A DNA stretch of 63,896 bases, filler included, from Neolecta irregularis DAH-3 (taxonomy: Eukaryota), in the NCBI GenBank assembly GCA_001929475.1. It is 14 parts of 14 records of this genome, joined end to end, with 100 filler letters (N's around TTAATTAATTAA, not from the genome) between each part and the next. Parts side by side here need not be neighbours in the genome. Positions count along the whole stretch, not along the records: positions 1 to 8,869 come from LXFE01001130.1; positions 8,970 to 14,739 come from LXFE01001132.1; 12 more parts are not named here. One strand, written 5' to 3'. The notes under the pieces were generated by a model. It saw only the letters and a list, made by a program, of their open reading frames with translations, was not told the DNA's origin and made no database searches. Positions 1-11,885 of the stretch are shown here, one piece after another (the stretch's first letter is position 1; every line of letters begins with the position of its first letter). Made by a program: the position numbers and the translations under genes.

Positions 1-122
1 TATTGCGGCCTTTATGGCCGGATATAAACTTGATGTAATTAGAATACCTAGCCTAAGATACAACACCTAGGCTAGTACTATAAACCTGGTCTTATTTGTA
101 CTTCGAAGTATCAAAACTTACA
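1..122 (+). mobile_element. 3' part of a dispersed LTR-like repeat (family L1)
   Basis: Shares tacctagcct..tacaacac.taggctag..acctggtcttatttgta..taca with 46441-46554, and related sequence with 22788-22937, 27925-28136 and the reverse complement of 63130-63298; ends in CTTACA. Confidence 0.65.
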
Positions 123-173
123 CAGCATCATCACACAGGAGTGCAATAACAGTTGCTATTATTTCTCATAAGT

Positions 174-212
174 TTTTTGTAAATAGTTATGAGTCATAAC
201 TATTTACAAAAA
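174..212. repeat. Perfect palindrome, 19-bp arms around a single G
   Basis: TTTTTGTAAATAGTTATGA-G-TCATAACTATTTACAAAAA. Confidence 0.95.
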
Positions 213-225
213 GCCCTTTAAGCAG

Positions 226-456
226 TCAGCTCTTCTGGCATTCATCTGTTTCAACTGTGTCATCTCCAAGATGATTTCTTTCATCAGTAATCAGTTTTGC
301 TGCTTGGTTGAATACTCTTTCACATTCTGCACTCCATAAATCCAACCTGCTAATTGCCAAACTACCTAACCACCCAATAGCACGCCAGAGCACTCTCCTG
401 GTGGATGGTTTAGATCTCTTGGGGAGGGCAAGCGGCTTAGAAATCTGTCTGCCCAC
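226..456 (-). mobile_element. hAT transposase C-terminal dimerisation-domain remnant
   Basis: SAECERVFNQAAKLITDERNHLGDDTVE..ECQKS* matches the hAT motif S..ER.FS..K..T..RN.L; the conserved Trp position is a TGA. Confidence 0.85.
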
Positions 457-898
457 CGCCCAACTGGAGGTGCTTCAGAGGGTATTTAGTAGCGATGGAG
501 TGGCGTCTAAAAGGTATGGGCGTCGCAGACATTTTAGAGTCTCGGTTGGAAATAGGCGGAAATTTGACAAAATTAAGAGTGAAAAGGTCGGTTCTGGAGA
601 GTATCGATGAAGAAATAGTGTTTCTACAGGGACTGAGAGTGAAGATTGGAAAAGGTCGAGTACAGAGATCTGTCGAGGATGGATGCAGATAGATGTGGAC
701 CGGGATTTTTGGGGTCGGTTGGGACGGAAGCTACAGACGAAAGATAGAGTTGATAATATGGAAATGATGTGATAGTAGTCCTGATATGATACTACAGAAA
801 TGGTGGTGGCAGTTGTGGATCGAACTGGACGACCACCACAAATTCAACTACTACTCAATACCACACTACACGGATGAGCACCGCATCTGCAATTCCAG

Positions 899-3711
899 AT
901 GAATTCTGTTGCAGTTTGCACTCCGCCAGCCAACGATGGCCGCCTGTACTCGCCCCGCCCAGCGACAGGCCCGCCCTCGCAAGAACACCCGCGCCGCCGG
1001 GGCCGCCCGCGCAAAACACTGTCTGATCAGCCGCCTGCTTTGCTGCAGCGAGAAGATCGCGAACAGCTGCAGCCGCGGGAAGAGCGCGCATGGACGCAAT
1101 TGCACCCGCAGCTGCGTCCAGATGCACCGCTGCTGCTGCTGCAACCGCCCGCTGTGCCCGCCCGCGAGACTCCGCGCACCCTCTGGCTATCTGGGAAACC
1201 CATCCCGGCACCGCGCTATGTTTTAATAGCAGCTCAGGAAGGAGACGGGATCGCGGATGCGGGATCAGTGTTGGATCCAAACCCACTTCACCATCTCGTG
1301 TACAAACGACACTCAGCACTGCCAGACACGCTGCAGTACGATATGGACGAGCAGGACGATATTTGGTTGGCGCAGTACAACCGCGACCGCTCCATTCCCG
1401 TGTCCGTCTCGCCTGAACTCTTTGAGCGCACAATCACCCTCCTCGAACAGGAATGGCACAAACTGGTCCTTTTGGTTTTTGCCCTCTGCTGACCTTGTTA
1501 GGACCGTAAGACGCCCAAACCCAGAGTCGAAGAAGCTGCGGGCGAAGATTCGCTGTGTGCCATCTGCAACGACGGCGAGTGCGAAAACAGCAATGCCATC
1601 GTCTTTTGCGACGGGTGCAATCTAGCCGTCCACCAGGGTTTTCTCTAGTTCTATTATTCCGCTAAACGAAGACTGCTATGGCGTCCCGTATATACCAGAA
1701 GGCCAATGGCTCTGTCGCAAATGCCACATCTCTCCAGATGTTCATATCGTATCTTCTGCTTATCCAACAACTTCTTACAATCAGTCTTGTGTCCTCTGTC
1801 CCAACAAAGACGGCGCCTTCAAGCAGACATCGACACAGCACTGGTGTCATCTGCTCTGCGCACTGTGGATCCCAGAAATCCATGTTCCCCTAACCGCCTT
1901 CCTCGAACCAATAGACGGCATCGATCACATCCCAAAAACACGCTGGAAGCTAGTCTGCTACCTCTGCAACCGTAGAATGGGTGCTGCCATTCAGTGCTAC
2001 CAGAAAACATGCTACACTGCCTTTCATGTCACTTGTGCCCTCCGCGCCGGTCTGTATCTCGACCAAAGACCGCCTGGCCAACACGACCAATGCCAGGCCT
2101 TTTGTCATAAACACCATCCCTCACCTCCAAAAGACATCGAACAGCGAGTTGCAGACTTGGTCTCGTACTTTCGAACACTCCCAACTATGGAAGATACCAT
2201 CGCTCCAATAAAACTCAGTTTAAAAAAGACAAGCGGCGGCGCCCCAATCATCCCTTGGATCGTCGTCAAGCTCATCTCCGCTTCCCTCAATATAAAAAAA
2301 AAGGAAAAGTTCGTGGCAGATGTTGCTCGTTACTGGAGCTTGAAAAGGGAAATGAAACGCGGTGCCAGTCTATTGAAACGTCTCCAACTAGGCGGACCAG
2401 ACGATCCATTACCAGTCTCTGGAATGACTGCACCTGAAATAAACGAGCGCATTCAGTTTTCCGACTTGGTTCTTAAAGATCTAGAAAACCTGTCGGAGCT
2501 AATCGGTCATGTGATAGAACGGGATTCCGATAAACTAGAACGAGCAATTTTGTTGCAAGAATTCGTAGACAAGGTTTATTTCCCTTGGCAGCCATTGATT
2601 AGAGATGCACTAAATAAAGCAAAAAGGTATTCCTTCTGTGAAATCGTTGCTCATAAATAGTTTCGATTCAAATAACTATTTCCTCTCAATCCCTACCATC
2701 CAGAGTTATCGCGAATATATCTCCGAACCAATGACCTGGAACATTATCGAACGCCGTCTCGATCAATATAAATACAGGTCTGTTTCAGATTTCGAGGTAT
2801 ACCCTTTTTGATTATCTTATTAACTGCAGCGCGATATACTTTTAATATTTTCAAATTGTCACACATTCAACGATCCAGACACACCATATTGCAAAGCCGC
2901 AAATACAATTCGAACGGCCCTCGTTCCGCTCATCGCCGCGGCAAAAGAACGAGAAAAGTCAATATTGGCGATCGACTGGAATGACCTGAAACCAGATGGT
3001 CTATCAATCATCGAACCCCAAGTCACACCACCGCCCAGTCCACTATCCAGTATTAATTCCAGCCAACTTGCAAAACTAGAACGAGAAGTAATGGGAACTC
3101 CAACCCGTCCACGCAAACTCGTATTTCCCAAGAAAAAGGGTCATAAAAAGTCCGAACTGGAAAATTTGGCACAATGGCAAGTTGGTAGCGGTCGCTCGAA
3201 TAAAAGACGGAGAAGTACACTTGTATCCACAAAAGCCGAGCAGGGCATATCTATTTCCGGGTCCGATGATATGGATACTGCTGATGAAATGGACGACGCA
3301 GATATCATCGCAGCCGTAATGACTGCAAAACCACAACGACGTTCCCGTCAAAACAAACAAGACGAGCCCGATAATCTGTCAAGATCAAAACAATCCCGAA
3401 AATCAACATCGGCAATCCCATCTCTTTCCATGAACCCGAAGACAACCACCCGTAGAAAAACAATAAATAATCTCGTTCCAAATTCTCCGTCGGGTAATTT
3501 TCGTCGCAAATCTCGTCATTTCACCTCCGCTGTTTCCTCGCCAAAGTCATCTACCCATTTACAACATTCTCGAGTCGAAGATTTATCAATTGCAGATTCA
3601 ACACCATCCAAATTATCCAAGAAACGCCCAAGAAAGTCTTGGGAGGTCTTGTATGCTGAAGACTTTGAAGATCGCAGGAAAAGTACCAGGAAGAGGGTTC
3701 GATTGGAGTAA
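899..3711 (+). CDS. NTO1: NuA3/BRPF-type HAT scaffold (AT-hook, EPL1, PHD-Zn knuckle-PHD, bromodomain); multi-exon, start approximate
   Basis: [138 protein letters not shown]. Confidence 0.9.
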
Positions 3712-3807
3712 TTTTCGCTTCTCTTTTTGGCTGTATTTATGCTGGGTCGTTTTTGTAAATATTTCGAAAATTGTAATGTTGGCTAATAAGATAAATAAAT
3801 ATTCATT

Positions 3808-4886
3808 CTAATATCGTCTTTTCGTCATAATATGCTCTTGCTGGCCCTTTTGCTCAGGAACAACAGTAATCAACCGGGCCTGTTCTACTGCCCTTTCAAG
3901 ATTTTCAATAACAAGTTTCTCCATATCGTATTGCGCTTCAATGGTATACGTGCCCATATGCGGAAGCAGCAAAACCCGTGGATTTTCCACGAGTTGTCTC
4001 GGAATATGTGGTTCCTCTTCAAAAACATCAAGACCAATCGATTTTAAATGACCCGACTCAAGAGCTTCGATTAAAGCTACAGTATCAAGAACCCCGCCTC
4101 GAGCCGTATTCACGATAATCCCACCCCGTTTCATTTTGGAAATTTCGAGACTAGAAATAATATGTCGTGTGTTACTATTCAGCGGTAAATTAAGACTCAA
4201 AACGTCGCTTTTTGCCAACAGTTTTTCAAAGGAAACATATTCTGCAAGCGGTCGAGCGTTATTCGTCCAAGAGATCTTTTGACGATTATGATAAATCACA
4301 TTCATACCAAATATCCGAGCTCGCTCCGCAAGACTCCGTCCAATTCCACCCATCCCTAAAATTCCCAACGTCTTTCCATTCGGATCATTTCCAATTTCTA
4401 CACTAGTTTCACTTCTCCAAGAGCCCTTGCGGAGATTATATTCGCCTTGAGGAAAATTACGTAGACAGCCGAGAATAAGGAATATTGCTGTATCGGCCGT
4501 CGCTCGAGAAACGGCACCAGGTGTATGAGATACCATTATTCCCGCTTTGGAACAAGCAGAAACGTCGATTTGGTCATATCCCGCTCCATTATGCGCGATA
4601 AATCTCAGAGAACGAGGCATTTTTGAAATCAATTCTTCATCTATAACACCTGTAATCTATTATTATGTTATCCTTGTGTAACAATATAAAAATTTTTAGG
4701 TACCTCTGCGCTGCGCCAGGAACTGTAAATACAAGTGATGTTATTATATTTTGACGCACAATCTTGAATAAATGATTCTCGATTAGGAGAATCGCAGACC
4801 AGGATATCAGCTATGCAAGCCAAATCATCCCACTCCTTTTTCGCAAAATAGAATTCCTCAACAAGAAGGATTTGGGGCCGGGGCAT
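3808..4886 (-). CDS. D-isomer-specific 2-hydroxyacid dehydrogenase (glyoxylate reductase-like), intron near 4655-4700
   Basis: HNGAGYDQID, GILGMGGIG Rossmann motif, VNTARG, LDVFEEEP, LLPHMGT. Confidence 0.92.
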
Positions 4887-5050
4887 GGTAAGATGCGATG
4901 ATCAAGCAAGTTCAATTCCTATGTCGTTGATATATTCTTTTAATTCCGGGGTCGGAGGAGGGAAATGTGGAGTTTATGGAACGTTTCAGAGTTTTGGACG
5001 TCATTGCTTTCGTTTCACTACTCGAATTTTGTTTGATTCTTTTTTTTTAC

Positions 5051-6502
5051 ATGGCTGCAGATAGCGATTATCACACCTCAGATTCAGATCCAGACGCTCC
5101 TTCCCGGTCTACTTCTCGGCGAAATGCAAATGGGAACAACGCAGGTCATGTCAACGGTTCAACTGCAGGTGCCGGGTATTCCTGGGAAGACGAATATAAG
5201 CGATCATGGGACGTTGTCCAAGAAGATTCTTCGGGAAGTCTGGCAAAAGCAGTTGAAGGATTAGTCACTTCATCGAAACGTAGACGGTATATTTCCCCCA
5301 AAAAGCGCGGGTTAAAGTAATACCCCAGTTTATTGAAAGATACTACTCCGCTTCAACGCGGAATTATTCGACATTTAATTTTAATTCTCGATTTATCGAG
5401 TGCGATGGCGGAGAAGGATATGAGACCTACTCGATACCAACTAACGATAACCTATTCAATCGACTTTATAAATGAATATTTCGAACAAAATCCGATTTCA
5501 CAATTGGGCGTGTTAGGCATGAAAGATGGAAAATGTTCTAGAGTTTCAGATTTATCAGGGAATCCCCATGATCATATTCTCGCTCTACAAAAGTTACGAA
5601 CGGGAGAACCCAGCGGTGATGTATCGTTGTTGAATAGTCTTTCATTGGCTCGGGCATGTCTCCAGTAACCAGCTTCCCTCCATTTTTATTAACATAAAGC
5701 CATGTACCGACTCATTCAACACGAGAAATTCTTCTTATTTTCGGATCCCTTGTGTCATCTGATCCAGGTGACATCCATCTAACCATTAAAGATCTAGTCA
5801 CGGACAACATCAAAGTACGAGTGGTCGGGTTAAGCGCCCAAGTCGCGATATGTCGTGAAATCTGCCGGAAAACAAATAACGGGGACGATCGTAGTTTTAC
5901 GCAACGAGTTATTGTTAATGATATAGGAATGTACGGAGTCTGTCTGAATGAACTGCATTTCAAAGATTTGTTACTTGAAACAACGATCCCACCAGCTGAA
6001 CAGAAACTCCAAGGCTCAAAAAAGTCCAACGGGACAAGTTTAATCATGATGGGATTTCCATTTAGGATAATTGAATCATCAGGATCATTATGTGCCTGGT
6101 ATGTACTTCTACATTAAACTCCTTACGAACACCAGTCACTCGCAAATCTGCCAAAAGACTTATTTATGTCCCCGGTGTTCCTCAAAACTGTGTTCTTTAC
6201 CAGCTCAATGTCCATCTTGTTCATTAACTCTAATTCTATCAACTCATCTCGCACGTTCCTACCACCATCTATTCCCGCTAGAGAATTGGACAGAAATATC
6301 GTATGCCTATTACTCCTTGGACCAGTCAGTTGCTGATATACACAGAAACACCAAGGAATCATGTTTTTCGTGTTTGTCTTGTGATTCTGCTAGAAGATTT
6401 GAATGTCCGAAATGCAAGAAGCGGTTTTGTGTCGATTGTGATGTATTTTGTCATGAGGTTTTGCATAATTGCCCGGGTTGTGAAGGATTAGATTCTCTCT
6501 AA
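5051..6502 (+). CDS. SSL1: TFIIH subunit p44/Ssl1, multi-exon
   Basis: GYSWEDEYKRSWD, LQRGIIRHLILILDLSSAMAEKDMRPTRY, QNPISQLG, LILSTHLARSYHHLFPL, C-terminal C..C..FCVDCDVFCHEVLHNCPGC. Confidence 0.97.
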
Positions 6503-6513
6503 GGTACAGCCTT

Positions 6514-6732
6514 GGTAATGTTAAATGAATTGTACTATTGAGAGCATTAGGACTGTGAACATTGGCTCAACGCCATTCAAGGTGGGATAAGGATCTGCAT
6601 ATTCCAAACACCGCTATTCTTCGAATCCCTGTGTAAGCTGAGATCGTCGAGTACAAATAAAACTACCTCTACATTTTCTAGTTGCGAGAATTTGCAGAAT
6701 AACTAGGTATGACTGCCCTCTGTCTGTAGACA
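6514..6732 (+). repeat. LTR-like repeat; first 86 bp duplicated at 8784-8869
   Basis: 6515-6600 equals 8784-8869 with one mismatch; the second copy begins TGTAATG; the first copy can be extended to ...TGTAGACA. Confidence 0.55.
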
Positions 6733-7492
6733 CCTAATTACCATGAATTTCCATGCCACTGACCGAACTGGTAAGGATAACAACTCGGTATATCCTTACA
6801 GCCTGCCACAAAGTCTCGAAAAGGCCCATCTCCGCTATCTCATCTCCTTCGGTCATTTGAATTTTGTTGCAAGAGGTCGCAATGACAAGCTACTCACTCG
6901 AGGGGTTATCATGGCAGGAATACGAACGGTATTTGCTCGATCTACAGACAAAGCAAAGGCAGGTGAGATAAATAGAAAAACTAAGATGCACCAGAATGTA
7001 TGGTTTATTGCCTTCAAGAGAGGCTCTCTCTTTTTCTTGGCTTAGCGTTACTTTACTTCTGCTTCTCTCTGATCTTGTAGTAGCAAAAGGAAAGTGCCTT
7101 TGATTTGCGCTACTGGAAGAAGCCGAATTTTCAAGCTCTAAAAAACCAAGAACAACCTTGCCTTACCTTTTAAAGTTCAACCTACGCTTTTATCATGATC
7201 TTTAATAATTCTGAGTCAGGCAACAAATTAAGTCCCAAGAAATTTATGTTGGTTCTATTCATTCACCCATGCAATTCATTAGAGCAATGACCAAATGAAT
7301 GACATCTTGCCTTTTATTTCTCTACGCAAAGGATGTGTATCGAGGTAAATCAATGCCTGACCAAGCAAAGAAAACCCCCTTGTAAAAGTTTCTATAAGGT
7401 TGCCTCGAATGTCCCCCAAGTTCTTTAGAACTTCGTTCATCTACAGGTTCCCTTTTTTCTCATTCTTGTATTGGATTCCAAGTTCTATCAAT

Positions 7493-8475
7493 ATGAATGT
7501 CTCTGTGTCACCATTCGATAACGTGCAAGGAAACCTGGGACCATGGGGCGAGTATACTACAAACCTTGACGTCGCCTTGTGCACCTTGACGTTGGGCTGG
7601 ACTTTGGGATTCACATACTTCGTAGTCTGGTATCCCGTTTCACAGAAACTTGTTAATCCAAGAGGCATATAATTCAACAACATATGCGAATCGAAAAGAT
7701 GAATATGTACCTATTCATGTTGTGGGTGGAATTTGTCGCAATTATATCCTTTTCAGTTGCTTCTTGGTTACGCCTTATTGGCGCAATCTCTCCAGTATTT
7801 GCAATTCGGTTAGGGTTTCCCATTTTCTTGTTGATTCAACTGCACTTCCTCATCCAAATAATCATAAATCGAATCTGTATACTTCTCCCACATCGTAAAC
7901 AGAGATTATGGTTGAAGTATGGAATTGCGGCACTCGTTTTAAGCATAAATATTTCCGGATTTCCCATTTGGCTTTCTCAATCTCAGAAAACGCCAGGAAA
8001 TATTATCTATGTCAAATCAACCCTGAATCGTATCGAAAAGATCTTCTATCTCGTCATCGATGCAGGGCTCAATATCTTCTTAATTCATCTCGTTCGCTCT
8101 AAACTTAAGGATTTCGGATCCAGGAAATACGAGCCTCTTCTCCGTTTCAATATGCAGATTATTATCATTTCATTAATTATGGATGTTATTGTTGGCGGAA
8201 CGATGTGGTTTCCCGTCGACTTCTTCTATTTCCAGACTCTTCCGGTCTCCAACTTGGTCAAACTCAACATCGAGATGTCATTGAGTGACCTTATTGTCGC
8301 CCTATCCAAAGAATCGATTCATTTCCGAGTCCCCTTTACTGACCAAGGCAACTCTTATAATTGTCACATACCATTGGAGTCGCGGCCTACTGCAGCAATC
8401 ACTAAAGAAGATACTCAATCGCTCACCCTGAAAATCAATAATAAAAAGAATCGTCAAAGTGGCCTTGGAATCTGA
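7493..8475 (+). CDS. Fungal multi-pass integral membrane protein of unknown function (one 5' intron)
   Basis: Several hydrophobic segments; motifs LIQIIINRI, EKIFYLVIDAGLNIF, KY..LLRFN, VKLNIEMSLSDLI typical of an ascomycete membrane-protein family. Confidence 0.8.
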
Positions 8476-8783
8476 GAAGCCCAAGAGAACATTGAACCCG
8501 CATATATGGTTGAAAGGGGAGAAGATTTGTACCCGGGAGTGTTTCTACTTTGAAAAAGCGAGTATTGTATTGCTATAGGCCCCATGTTGATTATTTTCTC
8601 CCTTTTTATATAAATGAAATTATTTCTTGTTGGTAGCATGAACCTTTAGGAGAATTAGTTGGCAAGTGAACCCAATATGCGGATATCATGACATTCGACT
8701 GAACAACTGAGGGTGCGTTTGGTGTGCGCCAAATTTCATAAAATGTGGCTTTTCTTCAAATTCGAATTTNNNNNNNNNNGTAT

Positions 8784-8869
8784 GTAATGTTAAATGAATT
8801 GTGCTATTGAGAGCATTAGGACTGTGAACATTGGCTCAACGCCATTCAAGGTGGGATAAGGATCTGCAT
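8784..8869 (+). repeat. Second copy of the 86-bp repeat, between a 10-N gap and the linker
   Basis: Near-identical to 6515-6600. Confidence 0.9.
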
Positions 8870-8969
8870 NNNNNNNNNNNNNNNNNNNNNNNNNNNNNNN
8901 NNNNNNNNNNNNNTTAATTAATTAANNNNNNNNNNNNNNNNNNNNNNNNNNNNNNNNNNNNNNNNNNNN
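8870..8969. other. Artificial contig linker N44-TTAATTAATTAA-N44 (also 14740-14839, 15907-16006, 22651-22750, 30440-30539, 35035-35134, 41005-41104, 53423-53522, 54562-54661, 56879-56978, 59176-59275, 60425-60524, 62085-62184)
   Basis: Identical 100-nt spacer with stops in all six frames, repeated 13 times. Confidence 0.99.
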
Positions 8970-9129
8970 GGCGGCGGCTTTGTCGCAGCAAGGACATCAA
9001 AGGCCGAGGGGCAGGCAAAGAGGGGCGGGCTGGGGCTGGCCATGGGGAGGGGAGAGGTTGGGGTTAGGGTCAGATCAGATCTGGCGGGCAGGCTGCTGCT
9101 GCGCTGCCACTCTCCCGCCGCTGCGCATG

Positions 9130-9543
9130 ATGTACTGCCTGCGGCCATGGCTGCCCTGTGCGCACCGCCCGGCGCCCCGCTGACCGCAGTGCTGTTTGTG
9201 TCCACCGCGGCGTCGCCGCTCTTTGCGCTGTCCTTTCTGCTGCTGTTCGCCGTTGCGCGCAAGCCCTGGTACGCGCCTGCCACGCGCCTGCCGCCGCACT
9301 AACCGCAGCCTCTACTGCTCGCTGCTGCTCTGCGGCCTGTTTGCCGCGACCTGCTGCCTGCCGCACGCGCCCTGCCTGCCGTGTCCGTGTCCGTCTCCGT
9401 GTCCCGCGCCGTCTCCGTGTCCCGCGCCGTCTCCGTGTCCCGCGCCGTCTCCGTGTCCCGCGCCGTGTCTCCGCCTGCCCTTCAGCCTGTGTCTCCGCCT
9501 GCCGCCCGCCCTTCCTCTGCTCAACCTGCCCCTGCGATGGTAG
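9130..9543 (+). CDS. BLCAP/BC10 family small membrane protein, 113 aa; exons 9130-9157, 9190-9268, 9309-9543
   Basis: Spliced product MYCLRPWLPLLFVSTAASPLFALSFLLLFAVARKPCLYCSLLL matches BC10 MYCLQWLLP..RKPC..C; introns GTGCGC..CTGAC..CAG (32 nt) and GTACGC..CTAAC..CAG (40 nt). Confidence 0.88.
9391..9462 (+). repeat. 18-bp coding tandem repeat x4 (PSPCPA)
   Basis: ccgtctccgtgtcccgcg repeated four times. Confidence 0.95.
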
Positions 9544-9649
9544 GAGTAGGTGGAGGTGAGGTGAGGTGGGTAGGTGGCCTCACTGTAGGGTTCCACTGGA
9601 TACTCCACCGTAGGACGATACGATACCACGGACGATACTCCACCGAGGA

Positions 9650-11627
9650 TTAGATAGTCTCCACCGCCACCGCCCTGCCGATACCGCACCGTCCCCTCTC
9701 CCGCTCCCCCTCCCGCCCCGCGGTCCCCAGCAGCGCCCCCACCTGCCGCAGATACCCCTCCAGCGTGTCCAGGTACCGCTGCGTCTGCCGGTGCTTGGAC
9801 GACGCACACACCGATATCGACCCCTCCTTGATAATATACCCAATCCCAAACCCCTCCTCCCCGCTCGGCCCAAACCCAAACATCCGCAGCGACGGGTTCC
9901 CGCAGTTGCTCGTGCTCAGCACCGTCCCGTTCAGCCGCCCCCACCCGCCGTCCATAAACAGCCCCGGCGCACTGCCCCCCTGCCGCTGCCACATGCAGTA
10001 CAGCGCATACAGGTGCCGGTCCTGCCCCTGCCCGCGGCTGCACTCCCGCGTCAGCCGCACGTGCTCCCTGCACGCCCCGCGCAGCCCCGCAACCCGGTCC
10101 GCCCGCCCGCCCCAGAACCCCTGCACATACGCCCTGCTGGCCATCGTCAGGCTGCGGATCGCCTCCGTGCGCCCGTGCAGATACCCCTTCGTCATCGCCG
10201 GCTCGTACACACACTCCGCCCGCCCATACTCGCCATAGTACGCCGCCTGCAGCGCCATCTGCACAAACGCGTCAGGCGACAGCCCGTTCCCCGTAATGAA
10301 ATCCTTGCCATAGTCCCCAAACTCCAGACACCGGATCTCCGTCTGGCATATCAAGTCGCTCAGCCGCGTCTCGCCATACCCGATCGCCATCCCCGCAACT
10401 CGCCACTCGAGCTTGTGCGGAACCCTCACCAGCGCCGCCGTAGACCGCGGCTCGGGCGACTTCGACGTCCACAAATTCGGCGACCCCCGCACTATGCTCT
10501 GTGCAAACCGCAGTACCGTGTCCGTAAAAATATCAGACACAAACCGCAGCACCGTATGTCCGTCCACTCCCGTGTCTCCAGTCAGCAACCCTCTCGCTAC
10601 GGAAATACGTTCAAAATTCACCCCGGCACTCCCATTCTCGCACACAATAATCTGCAGCTTGTCGTACCACCGGTTCATGCACGTCCCCACCTGCACCCCC
10701 TCCTGGATGTCATACGTCCCACACAGCATATTCGCCGCCTTGCTCGACGCATCCCCCGGACTCGTATCGTCCAAACACACCACAAATAGCGCATCCTCTA
10801 CAACCTGCAAATTAATGCAATTCACAGGCTCCGCTTTCAACTTGGCTCGCATCTCCGCCCACACCTTGCGTTTCCCAGTAGTCAGCACTCCAACCGCCCC
10901 CTTGGCAGTCTCCATAATCGGCGTTTGGTGAGAATCAGCTATAATCGCCTTGAAATTGACCACCAAATCCTTCTCCGTAACAACAACATCCCCATTCTCA
11001 TCAAGCACGTCAAAGTAGTAGAATTGCGCCCGGTTCAGCACTATTATATGACGACTCTTTTCATTCGTATGCATCTGGCACCCGTTCTCTGTCGGTACCC
11101 GTGTAGTTCCAAATAGCCGTTTATATTGAGCCTGCTCTTAGCCAGTTTTGCTAAAAACACACCATGCACAGCGGAGCTCCCCGCAGCGTATCCGGAGGCA
11201 GCTCTTCCCGTCCAAGCGCTCTTACAAAACTCAGGGCCGAAATAACCAACGACGCCCCTCGCAAAACTTGGTCATTCCGAGCAGGAGTCGGATCATCTTC
11301 AAGCAAAAAGAACGGATTCACGTTCAAGACCACAGGGTTGTCATGGTTCAAATATGACTCGTACCAAAATTGCTCAATGTAGTTGCTCTGCCCTTGCGCA
11401 TATTCTTTCAACAAGAGCTGCAGTTCCGGCCCTGGAGACACAAGAAACTCGTCAACTGCCTTGCTCGTCTCGGCATGCTCCGCATCCGTCTTTCTTAGCT
11501 TTGCATTGAGGAATCATACTTGTAACGGTTTAACCGCTGATAAATACCTCTTGCACGTATCTGCAAGATCCGGGATAGCAAGACGCTCAAGACTCGCTTG
11601 GTTCGCAAAGGTGATACCTGGAGACAT
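9650..11627 (-). CDS. Carnitine O-acetyltransferase (YAT1/FacC-like), multi-exon
   Basis: MSPGITFANQASLERLAIPDLADTC, YIEQFWYESYL, NRWYDKLQIIVCENG, DGHTVLRF, YEPAMTK..HGRTEAIR, GQGQDRHLYAL, LSTSNCG. Confidence 0.95.
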
Positions 11628-11885
11628 GGAAGGAACACCGTCCCACCACCTTCACATATAGTCTCCACTTTGAATAATGAATAATCATATATACAAACAC
11701 GTCTAGTTACAAATTGGTGTATACTTGTTCTGCAACATCAGAGTCGACCTGCAAAAACTTCTTCACCACCACTAATTTACCTCCCCCGTAAAGCCGCAAA
11801 ATTGCTTGTTACATCTCTGGTGTGTATCCCTGCCGGCCCCGACGGGAACTTGCCTCCACAATGCTTACTCTTGCCAGTTGCGACG

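Noticed and set aside
8918..10931. Many long overlapping or antisense ORFs
   Set aside because: Shadow ORFs caused by stop-codon scarcity in GC-rich DNA; same at 855-1625, 15955-16928 and 40113-41052
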